The notes below the pieces were generated by a model. It worked only from the letters and a program-made list of their open reading frames with translations, did not search any database and was not told the DNA's origin. The position numbers were made by a program, and so were the translations under genes. This document shows positions 37,238-61,198 of a stretch of 64,000 bases of DNA, one piece after another. The stretch is from Paraspadella gotoi (Eukaryota; Animalia; Chaetognatha): positions 21,728,286 through 21,792,285 of the forward strand of contig CM119267.1 in the NCBI GenBank assembly GCA_051294375.1, read 5' to 3'. How positions within the stretch are numbered: the stretch's first letter is position 1; each line of letters starts with the position of its first letter.

Positions 37238-37436
37238 NNNNNNNNNNNNNNNNNNNNNNNNNAGTTTTTCATTCACATGGGACGAAACGCTTTCAACTGC
37301 TCATGCGACATATGGGATTTTCACGTCTTTGTCAAGGTAAAGAAAACTTTCAATTGACTGCTACTATAAACCCTTATTTCCTTACTTTATTTACTATTAA
37401 GCCACTGATTTTACCCTTACTATTAACTCCTAAGAG

Positions 37437-37476
<40 letters not shown>

Positions 37477-37622
37477 AACTTGTGGCCATCAGCTACCAAA
37501 TATATTTGAACAAAAAAAAGTGTTATTACCTGACATTCCTGTTTTAAATTGTCTGTCTTCTCTCTCACAAACTTTTATTGATAGCATAGGGAATAGTATT
37601 CCGTTAACAGTAGCATCAAGTA

Positions 37623-37765
37623 GCCCTAAGACCGCGCGTGCGGCAGGCGAAGTCCCTAGTATAGTATTGTGCCCTAAGACCCCAAGTGCGGCAGGCTTCT
37701 CTTTTACTGGAGTAGTACTCCGTAAAGTATTTTTAACCGCCCTAAGACCGCTCGTGCGGTCGGCA
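37623..37765. repeat. Three dispersed copies of a ~25-bp hairpin motif gccctaagaccgc-N4-gcgg(t)c
   Basis: Copies at ~37623, ~37671 and ~37739. The third forms a perfect GACCGC-TCGT-GCGGTC stem-loop. Confidence 0.6.
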
Positions 37766-37836
37766 ACGTTTTTACTTAAACTGTACTAAGTATTGCCTAA
37801 GAGCTTATGCTCGGCATTTTAAGTTTTTTGTTCATC

Positions 37837-37872
<36 letters not shown>

Positions 37873-37891
37873 TCTCCCGCTCTTCCTCTCT

Positions 37892-37973
<82 letters not shown>

Positions 37974-37979
37974 CTTCAG

Positions 37980-41400
<3,421 letters not shown>

Positions 41401-42264
41401 AATTGTGAATAATACAAAAATGGACGCTTGCTCAATGTACATATATATTAGTGATAAGATCGTTTTACAGAGATTGACTTGTGACCGTTGCCAATTTTAT
41501 AGTTTTTAAATGTCTTTAAAACGAGTCAAGGAAAAGTTTTTAACTGAATAAATTTAAAGAAAAAAAAAAACCAAAATGAATGATAAAAGAAAAATAAACC
41601 CAGGGCTCGCGGTATATTTATAAATATTATATATATTATATTGTATATCAATATATAACGATGTTTATAAATGCGTTGAATTACAAATATGTTATACAAG
41701 GTAATTTTGTCGGATTTAATCCCGTCGCTCTGACATCATTCTCAGTTAGAGACAGTAGTTTTGGTCAACGGCAAGACTAGAAACATATTTTATTTTGTAC
41801 GTACATTGCTAAACTTAAAATTTACTAACTAATTCGAATATGAACTCATTTATTATTAACTTTAAAATAAAATTCCGGCTATCATTGGCAATAGACAATA
41901 GCATAATTTTGTAGAGCTATATGATCAAATGAACATCGATAGTGCCCATTGCCCAATGCCCACTGCCCATTCTCTAAACATTTTGCGCTCCAGGGAATTA
42001 ACCAATCCACCATACATAAAAATTCATTCGACCTTATATGTATAATTTTATATAATTATATAAATGTATAAAATATGTCTATATTATATATGTCTATAAG
42101 TGTATAATTATATCCTTTTTTATATTCAGCATATATTTCGTCATAAATCTCAAATCTTAGAACTAAAGAATCTTTATAAGCGAGGCTTGCTTCTACCGGC
42201 CGCATCAATTCCACACAAAATTTCTACATACACACACACACACATACCCTATACTTTCCCTCTT

Positions 42265-42480
42265 TTAAAATAATCCTCTTCGACTGACGACGACGACTTC
42301 GTCTTCGCGGCAGCAATTTCTTATGATGCAGCAGGAGAAGCAGAGAAATACGACGAAGGACGCAGCGCCGCTGACTCTGACGACGCCCAGTCCCGAGTTG
42401 GCGAGACCCGCGGCCACGGCGCTAACGATGGTCAGGCAAATACCGGAGACGGCGACTGTGCGGGCGCAGGAGCCGTGCAT
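42265..42480 (-). CDS. Putative 71-aa small membrane protein (two hydrophobic segments, juxtamembrane Cys cluster)
   Basis: ATG-to-TAA ORF, markedly GC-richer than its flanks: MHGSCARTVAVSGICLTIVSAVAAGLANSGLGVVRVSGAASFVVFLCFSCCIIRNCCREDEVVVVSRRGLF. A possible acceptor cgcag lies 57 nt upstream. Confidence 0.45.
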   Translation of the reverse strand: MHGSCARTVAVSGICLTIVSAVAAGLANSGLGVVRVSGAASFVVFLCFSCCIIRNCCREDEVVVVSRRGLF

Positions 42481-42582
42481 ACAATTTGGTCAGGGTTAGG
42501 ATTGCTCCGGTTATATGGAAAGATCGTCTTTCTGCCACTGCGATGTATATTGGTTGTACCAATTTCATAAAGGTTGCTTATA

Positions 42583-42775
42583 AAAATAATTCAAAAATTA
42601 TAATCTTTGAATGCCACTTTATCAATAGGGAAGCCACTCAGGAAGTGAACTGTGTGAGTCCTGATTGATAACTTAGGAAATTAGGAAATCGGCGCGTATG
42701 TTAAGCAGTTCACTTCCTGAGTGGCTTCCCTATTGATAAAGTGGCATTCAAAGATTATAATTTTTGAATTATTTT
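42583..42775. repeat. Perfect 70-bp inverted repeat with 53-bp spacer
   Basis: 42583-42652 is the exact reverse complement of 42706-42775. Confidence 0.95.
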
Positions 42776-42849
42776 ATATAATATACATTTTATAAAATTT
42801 ATATATTGTTGAAAAAAAAACTGAGCTCGATTTCGTGTCGCAATTAAAA

Positions 42850-42956
42850 CTTAATCACCTTAATCACTATTCCTAACCTTTAACTTAATCTTTAACTTAA
42901 AAATGAACCTAATTCCAAGTTTAAGATGGAGTCAGGCGTTTTGAGAAAATAGGGCC
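42850..42956. mobile_element. MITE-like family fragment
   Basis: Degenerate ttaacc hexamers, 'cctaattccaagtttaagat' and end 'ttttgagaaaatagggcc'. Confidence 0.45.
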
Positions 42957-43205
42957 AAACAACCGATTAGTTTTAAACAGTAGCTAAACTCTTTTCTTTT
43001 TTAAATATCGTTTTTTCTAGATTTTCACTATTTAATGTTTTAAAATTGGTTTCCCATATTTTTTAAATCCTCGCCATTTCCCTGATTCATCGTAAATCTA
43101 ACCTTATTAAAGTTGTTTTAAACATCCCAATAAACAAAGAAACAACCCGACCAAGGGGGGGGGAAAGAAAATATCCGTTCCACCGTCGGACAATCCCATG
43201 GTAAA

Positions 43206-43456
43206 AAAACAAGTTTGAGCAAACAATGTCGGATCTGCCTACGATAATTAATTAATTAATTAATTAATTAATAGATTAATTAATTAATAGATTAATTAAT
43301 TAATTAATAGATTAATTATAATTTATATTCAGCTTGTCATCATCGATGTCCTTAAAATTGAGTCAGGACAGTTATTAAATGTTTTGTTTACATTTTATCA
43401 AAACAAACAAATATCCTCTATTATCGAGCCAGGCGGGCAAAGCCCGTCCTGTCTAG
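43206..43456 (+). mobile_element. Short Helitron/HINE-like element
   Basis: Starts 'aaacaagtttgagcaaacaatgtcggatctgcc' (shared with ~35809, ~18090 reverse, and ~40), has an internal (ATTA)n tract, and ends in the GC hairpin caggcgggc-aaa-gcccgtcctg followed by CTAG. Confidence 0.4.
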
Positions 43457-46400
43457 ATTTTGATTCGGTTTAGCTTTCGGTCTCGCTTTTTTGCAATCAT
43501 GGCTTCTGAAAATGTGATATCATAGGGAGTTGGATTTTCATATCAAGATCTTTAAAATTCTCATGTTTCATATCANNNNNNNNNNTTTTTCGTTTTTTTT
43601 TTCTTTCTTTCCTCCTCGAGTCGTTCGCACGAAAACGCGGAAAAGTGGAAAAAAGCTTCGGGGATTTTATGGTGACCGAAGCTTTCAACTTTTAACATAA
43701 ATTAGATTTTGCTAGATTTTTCTCGCCTACATATTCCTATTTTAATTCTTTCTTTTTTCTTATCTTTCTTTTTTTGCTTACATTTTTTCTTTCATCTCTC
43801 TTCTTACTAGTTCATTGGTTTTTTTGATTTGTTAAAAAATTCGATTTCAAAACATCAATATCGTTTTATTCTGTGGCAAACATATTGATGCAAAGTTTTT
43901 GGCAAATAATTTTTTACAACGAAGATGTTTTTTTTTCTGTTCAAGTAAAATCATAAGGCAGAAACAAATGATAAAAAGTTGTAACGATTGAAAATACAAA
44001 AAAAAAATACAATAAGATCCGTACAATATTTCACATTGAAAAATGTTTCTTAATTCGGATAACAGAAAAAAAAATAGGTAAATATCATACTTTTAGACAA
44101 AATACTTCGCGTTTGAATTGTTATAAAATCGCTTATCTAACCCGGCGAATGATCTGTGGTCAGTTAAAAAAAAAGGTTTTGTTTGGGCCCCTCGCTTTTG
44201 GTTTTAACCTCTGGCGTTGGACTCTGACCTCTTTGCCTTTATTATTTCTGGAAGGTTCAACCGATGAGCCTGCTCAATTAAAACAATTGATCGCTCGTTT
44301 CGTCAAACGAAACGAAAATAAGGAAAATTATTTTTTTTCTCATTTCTAACACGAAAACGAATGTGAATGACATGGTCGATTTACTGGCTGTTCTTTTGTT
44401 TATTTCGCCGAGTTTAGTGTTCGGATGTAAATAAAACAATTGGTGGCGCTCTCGTACCTCGAGAAATCGAGCGGTTCGATCGAAGATGAAAAAGTTTAAA
44501 CCTTTCCAAGAAAACAAAAGGCGTCGCCTGATTCGCGCGATTTTCGTGGCGAAGCTTTAAAAAAGTAAAATATTTAAAATGAAAGTATGTTTAAAATTTC
44601 ATATAAATATACGTTAATCTTTATCTAATCGAAGGAAATATTTTTTTTTATTAGTAGTTAAACGTGAAAAGACTAATGTATTTTAAACTGAAAGAAGCAA
44701 ATATTTTTTTTTTTCAAATTCTACTTTTAATTTCACAGAATTGGATTTTCCTTTGATCTTTCGGTGAATGCAACTATCATGCCAAAAATGATAAAAAGAA
44801 AGTGCGCTCTGCCGAGTGGTCAGTAAGAAGCGACGTAACCTGTTAGTTTTATTTATTTCATTTTATAACTCGTTCAAAAAATACGTTGAATCTTCATGCT
44901 GTCTTCTATTGTCTAAGTTTGATATGAAATTGGTACAATTAAAAGAAAAATTATTCAAATTCTGAAGACGTGATAATTTTTTTTTTTACGGAGAGTTTTA
45001 AAGCCGTGACAATAATCAAGGAACCAAACGATCCTTGTGTATTGTTTACAAACATTTACTTTTGTTTGACAACCCATGGCACAAAAAGCTTGGCGCAAGC
45101 GATTCGTTTTGGCGGTAAAAAACGTTACGAATAAAACATTTAAAAAACGGTGTTTTAGCTAACGAGGAAAATACTTGAATGGTACAAAGCATTCCACTTT
45201 TTGACACCTGTTAGACTATGCATGGTAAACGAAACAAAATTGCAAGTGTGGATCTAAAGAAAAATATGTATCTTATTAACAATAAACGGTTAAATCGGTA
45301 TCTTTGTATGTTTAAAGAGAATAAAAATAGTTTATAAGTGCGTCCATTAATTTGATATTTGAAAAGAAAAAATGCATTTTCTTTCAGGTGCTGGATTTTT
45401 TTTTTTTTTATCTGCGGTGCGGTCTGAAAGGAACGTTTATTTTTTATTTTTACTATGAAAACAAAGCTAAAGCCGTTCAAAACAATAAATTTAGCCATTA
45501 TTCAAAAATTTTGCCGTAAAGTGCCCCGTCTCAAAGAGGAAACTAAAAGAAAATATTGTACCGAAAATTTTGTGTCAAAAACAGAGCATGCTAAGCGCTT
45601 GGGTCCAGATTGCGACTCAACAACCAGTTTGAATTTTTGTTTGTTTTTTTTTTTTAAATTTTGGTTTTTGTTTTTTTGTTTTTTGTTTTGTTTTGGTGAT
45701 CGAATTGAGTTTTTTTTTTTTCTAAAATTCTTCCTCATACCCCTTCTGTCATTTTTTTCTTTCCCGAAGATGACTCGATTTTTTTAAGGAGTTCCTTTTT
45801 TCCAGTGGTCCAACCCAAGACAGTATGTACCAAGCAGTATTCTCATACAAAGAAAAAGAAAAAAATAGATATTATGACTTTGATCCATGGACAGTCATTC
45901 ATTTTATATATCAAAAAGGTCACGCTTTTTTTTTTTGAGATAAATATAGAATCGCCACTACGCGTGATTTGTTTTTGAATATATATTGATTGAATATATA
46001 TATATAAATAAGTATATTTAAATAACGTGATTCACTACATCACAGCTGAAAATATATCGACTCGTGTTCGGACATCAAATAAAAAATTAACTAAAATCCA
46101 AGACGCCGAAAAGCAAAATATTTGTTTTCCTCTTCGATTTTTTTATTTCTTAATCTCATAAATTAAACTCCCGCAAAGAATATAAAAAAGATTTATAGCA
46201 AAATCAATTTACTATGACTGACGATTCGGGCCGTCTCATCAATTGAAGGTTTTTTTTTTCACAATCGAATAAATAAAAAAGATTCACTCGTGAATTTTGT
46301 CAAAAAAAATTTTGTCAAAAATCAATTCACGTTGATTTATTTTTTTTTAAAGAGAGAAAACAATTATTTTGGATTTTTGCCTTCCAGACAAACGAAAAGA

Positions 46401-47931
46401 AACCAAAGGCTTGTTGTAACTATAATGTAAATTATAAGGCAAAATGTATACGACTAAAGAGAGATTTCAAAGTCACGCTAACTAAAAAAAAAACCGAATC
46501 CTTAAGGAGATGATTTGCGACGTTTAATCGTAAAAAAAATAATATTTACTTTTGTGTGTTTGTATTTATTTTTGTTTTGTATCGACGACGACGACGTTAA
46601 CGTTCGATCGGAGAGCGACTCTTTTAAATTTGGCGGGAAGGGACCGAAGGAAGGGGGCGTTGGGGATGGTTATAAATTCCACTAACAACTCGCGCGGGGG
46701 AAGGGGGAGAAATAAACGCGTGCTTCTCGATTCGAAGACGCGTATGTATTTGTTTTGTTTGTTTGTGTTTCAGCACCAGAGAAATCAGTATTGTTTTATG
46801 TATTACGAATACAGAAAGAGAGAATGAAGAAATAAAATGTGGGAGGAACGATATACTCGGGGGGGGGGGAAGGAAAGGAGGCACGCCGGTTGTGCGTGTT
46901 GTGAGTCTGTGATGTAAGTTTAAATATGGACGAATCGGGACTTTCTTCTTTCTTCTTCTTGTTTTTCGTCAAAATTTGGTCATCATTAAATCATATCGAA
47001 TCAAAGAATGATGAGATAGAGAGAGAGAGAGAGAAGCTATTATTTTTATATTTAACGATATATATCTTGGCGAATATATATATACGTTTCATGCGCGAAA
47101 GAAAAAACGCTTGACGGTGAAAGAGAGAGAGAGTTTTTTTTTCTTTTATTTATACAAATATAATTATTATATTTAAGAAGCGGAAGAATAAAAAAAAAAG
47201 ATTTGTTATCATTTTTGTTCGTTGTTCGCGTCAAAAATAAACAAAACGTTAGTTCTGTTTAATTGCGTCGTTTTAAATATCGGATGAGGTAAGTTCGGAT
47301 CGTGAACAAGGTCACTTTTTTTAGAAAACAAAAACACTGGGTCAGATTTAGGGGGAGGTGAGTTCGTAAGAGGAGTTGGGCATAAAGAAAAGAAAAGAAG
47401 GTAAGAGGAGAAGAGGAAAAAGATAAGAAAAGAGAAGAGAGAATAGAGAGAGAGAGAGAGAGAGAGGAATTTGGCTTCATCGTCCGGAGGAGAAAGACGT
47501 AGTGGCTCTTTTAAATTATCTTCCTTTCTTCCTCTCCTTTTTGTTTTTGTTTTTGATGTTGTGATGTTGTGAATTGATGGATTTAAGTTTCGATGGATCG
47601 AAAAATAACTGGACGGGGGGGAGGAACATGAAACTCGCTTGTTTCCAAATCTGTCTCACTTTTTTTTAAAAAAGAGAAAGAAATTACTTTTTTCCAACTT
47701 TTTTTTATTTTGGTTTTATTTAATTAAATTTAATTAAATAAATTGGATCAAAATGATCAACGCTACTGTTGTCTATGTCACAGTCGGTCCTTTTTTTGGT
47801 TCAGGATGACTCAATTCCACGATTTTTTTTTTAACGGTATGATGTCGTAAATTCAAAGTAATTGTTTGTTTATATACTCTAAAAACAAACAAACATGTTA
47901 GTATTAGTTTTAAATTACGATAGGAGATAGA

Positions 47932-48039
<108 letters not shown>

Positions 48040-48450
48040 CATAAAAGGGAGAAAAAATACGAAATGATGAAGGATGATCGAGCTGTTCTTTTATTTTTTC
48101 CTCATGATAACAAAATAAATTTAATTTTGAGCCATTTAAAAATCGATTTAAATTAAAATTCAACCCGAACATATTTTAATCTTTTTCTCTAACTGAAATT
48201 TATTTTATTTATACCTTCCATGGATGTTTGTTTTTGTTATATTCATTCGTTTTAAAAATAAACAAACAATTGTTCCTATGAGCGACGTCCAAGCAGAAAA
48301 AATACCCTCGGGTCTCAGCCAACGCGGTGCCTCAGCGGGCCGAACAGAGAAAAATATAAACTTTTTTGTTTTTTTTTTTGTTTTGTTTTTTTTTCATTAC
48401 GATCGGCGACTGGATAAAAGTTATATAAACTCTTTATATGTATCGATTAA

Positions 48451-57941
<9,491 letters not shown>

Positions 57942-58182
57942 ACGGGAAAACGATTACTGGCGCGGGAAAAGAGATCGGAGGAGGACGCGTGACCGGTTTG
58001 CGCGCGCGCGACGTGCGCACGCAACTCGTGCGTGCACCGAAGTTGCGATCGCCGCTCCGTCGCCGACGGAAGAGGACATGGGGTTCGAAGGGGGGGGAAT
58101 TTCGAGTTTGTTNNNNNNNNNNNNNNNNNNNNNNNNNTTTTTTTTTTCACGAGGGCGTGAAAGATCGGAAGGAGGTGAATTT

Positions 58183-58297
58183 TCACATCGTCGTCGATCT
58201 GAGGAGACTCGTGAAGATTCCAGAGTCGATGTCGTCCTCGCGCTCCTCGCGGAGAAAGAAATAGAATTGCAAAACCTTGCTCTCCTCTCTCTCTTCT

Positions 58298-58342
<45 letters not shown>

Positions 58343-61129
58343 ACCTTACACTTCCGCATGACCCTCCTGTCGGCGAAGTTGATTCCCAATCCGGTGGCCA
58401 GACTCATTCTTATGTCCATGGGGAGAGCGACCACCGTCGTCTGCGAAGGAAGACGCACCGTCACGTGGAGCTCCTCCCGCATTTTCTGAAGGGAAGGAAA
58501 GGAAAGGGAGGAAAGGAGGAAAGGTAAAAGGAGAAAAATAGGGAAGAGGAAAGGAGGAGGGAGGAAATAAATAAAAAGGAAATAATAAAGAGAAAAGGAG
58601 AAATGAGAAATGGAAGTGGAAGAAAAGAAGGAAGAATAAAAAAAAAGGAAAGAAGGAAACAATAAGGAAAGAAAGAGAAAAGGAGTAAATTAAAGAAGGA
58701 AACAAGACAGACAAAAGAAATAAAAGGAAGGAAGAAGAAAAGAAAAAAGGAAATAAAATGAGGAAAGAAGAAATGAAAAAAAAAAGAAAAAGGAGGAAAG
58801 AAAAATAAAAAAGTCGGTAGAAAAAAATAAGAAAAGATATTTGTGAAACAAAGAAGAGAAAAAAGAAAAGGAAAGAAAACACTTTGTCAATATTAACCAA
58901 CGGGGAGCAAAATACGGAAATAAGAAATAAACAATCTAAACGGTAAACAACATTACAAACCGTCAAATATGACAAAGCAATGTTTTCGTCTTTCTATTAA
59001 TTGTCCAGTCGAACGTCAAAAGAGTCACGGGAGACCATGATGTACGACAATCGATTTTTGAAGACGGCAATGACGACGACGACGACGACGATGATGACGA
59101 CGAGGTAGACGACGACAAAGACGAAGACAACGACGGAGACGACGACGACGTAAACGACGACGTCACCTACGATGATCAGGAAATGAATTTCGCTATTGAT
59201 TCGCCGTATGACGACGACGACGACGACAACGACGATGATGAACGACGATTTTTAATTCAGGCGGCGACGACCAAGGGGAAAAAAAGTCGGCACTATTTTC
59301 CTTAAGCGCCCGATTTCTGTTTCTAACAATTGAACTTATTTTAACCCAAATATTTAATCTTTTTAAAAAAAATATTTAATTCAATCACTAACTTCAATCT
59401 TTAACTTTGATAACTTTAACCCAGACTTAATCGGTAACCCTAATCTTAAACCTTCTCCCCTTACCTTAAACCCTTTTCATTAGACCCTATCTCAAGACCT
59501 TAACTTAATCTTTAAACTTATAAACTTAATTAACTATAAATTTAAACATAAATGTGGTACTTTGGGAAAATATGGCCAAAAAGTTGACGGGGTCACGATA
59601 ATCAGAGGAAAAGTCGTTTTCAAATGTCGACGAAGGCAACGACGACGACGACGACGATGACGACGACGATTTCCATATTTATACGAAACGACGACGACAA
59701 CGAAGAAAAACACGATTTTAATATCGACTACGACAACGACGACGACAACGACGACAACAACAACGTGGCCGGATTCGTAATGGGAGGACAAAAATCAAAC
59801 GACTTCGTTGATGTCACCTTCAATAATTCCGAGGTCAACGATGATGATGACGATGAGAATGATGATGACGACGATAATGATAACCAAGAGCAACAACGAT
59901 GACTATGATGACAACGACGACGACGACAGTGACAACGACGACGATGATGACAACGACAAACGAAGAGTGAGACGGAAGCGTTGCTATGAAAACCTCATCG
60001 CCATCGTTTTCGATATTTTCCTTCACAAACACGAATTCCAACCTCCACAACGACATCGACTCCAGCGCAACTCCCTCCGCCCCCCCCCCCNNNNNNNNNN
60101 NNNNNNNNNNNNNNNNNNNNNNNNNNNNNNNNNNNNNNNNNNNNNNNNNNNNNNNNNNNNNNNNNNNNNNNNNNNNNNCCTCCTCAAACCTTATCGTTGA
60201 GCGAGTAGAGTTTCCCCGCGATGTCTCTCCCGATGATGAGCGAGAGGACATCCTTGATGTAAGGCTCCTTCACCAAAAGGTATTCCAAAGACTCGCGCCT
60301 CCACAGAATGTATTTGCAGTGGGACTGAGCTGAAGTAAGGAGGAGAAAGGGGGGAGAAGAGGGGGAGGGAGAATGTTTATAAGCGGAGCGTTCCAAATTG
60401 TCGACAGGGCGACAGCGTGGACCGTGTTCTTGCCTTTTCCTAAATTCTGTTTTTAGTCTTTTTCTTTCTTTGTCTCTGTTTCTTTATTTTATTTTTCTTC
60501 CTTCCGTCTTGCTCCTAAACAAGAACGGTAATTTTCATGTCGTGTGATCGCTTTTTAAGGTGATCACGTCACTTTACAAGTTACATTTGCACATTGAAGG
60601 TCTTATAGAAACTCACTTTCAGTTATTAGCATTTTGAATATAAATTAGACAGACCGACCGACCCGTGGAGCAACTCACTAGTCTCCGCCTACTCAGCTTC
60701 GCTTGCACCTGCCACCTTCCTCAAGCCATTACACCTCCCTTATCCCGCACCTGTTATGGTGACTTGATATTTGTCGTCGATGCTCTGTCCGTGACTGGAC
60801 TCGAATTCTGGCGAATCCAAAAACTCCTTCGCGTGAACGCTGTGAAGGTACTGCTGCTTGTGAGTTACCGTGCACCTGCGTGAAAAAACGGTCGTTTTCT
60901 TTTGGACCATACTTCGTTTATTTGTTACAATGTTAATGCGGTAATCCTATTATTTTATTCATTCCGTCATTCACTCATTTATTCATTCATTCATTCATTC
61001 ATTCATTCATTCATTCATTCATTCATTCATTCACTCATTGAGCCATAATTTAAGACTCGAGGGCGAAGGGTTTCTGAGATATCGCCACAAGAAATGCTAC
61101 AAATTAGAAAAATCATACAGTCGTTATTT

Positions 61130-61198
<69 letters not shown>

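Noticed and set aside
58346-60251. Phe-rich and poly-Asp/Ser/Thr ORFs
   Set aside because: Low-complexity purine tracts and (GAC)n/(GAT)n repeats inside a Popeye intron.
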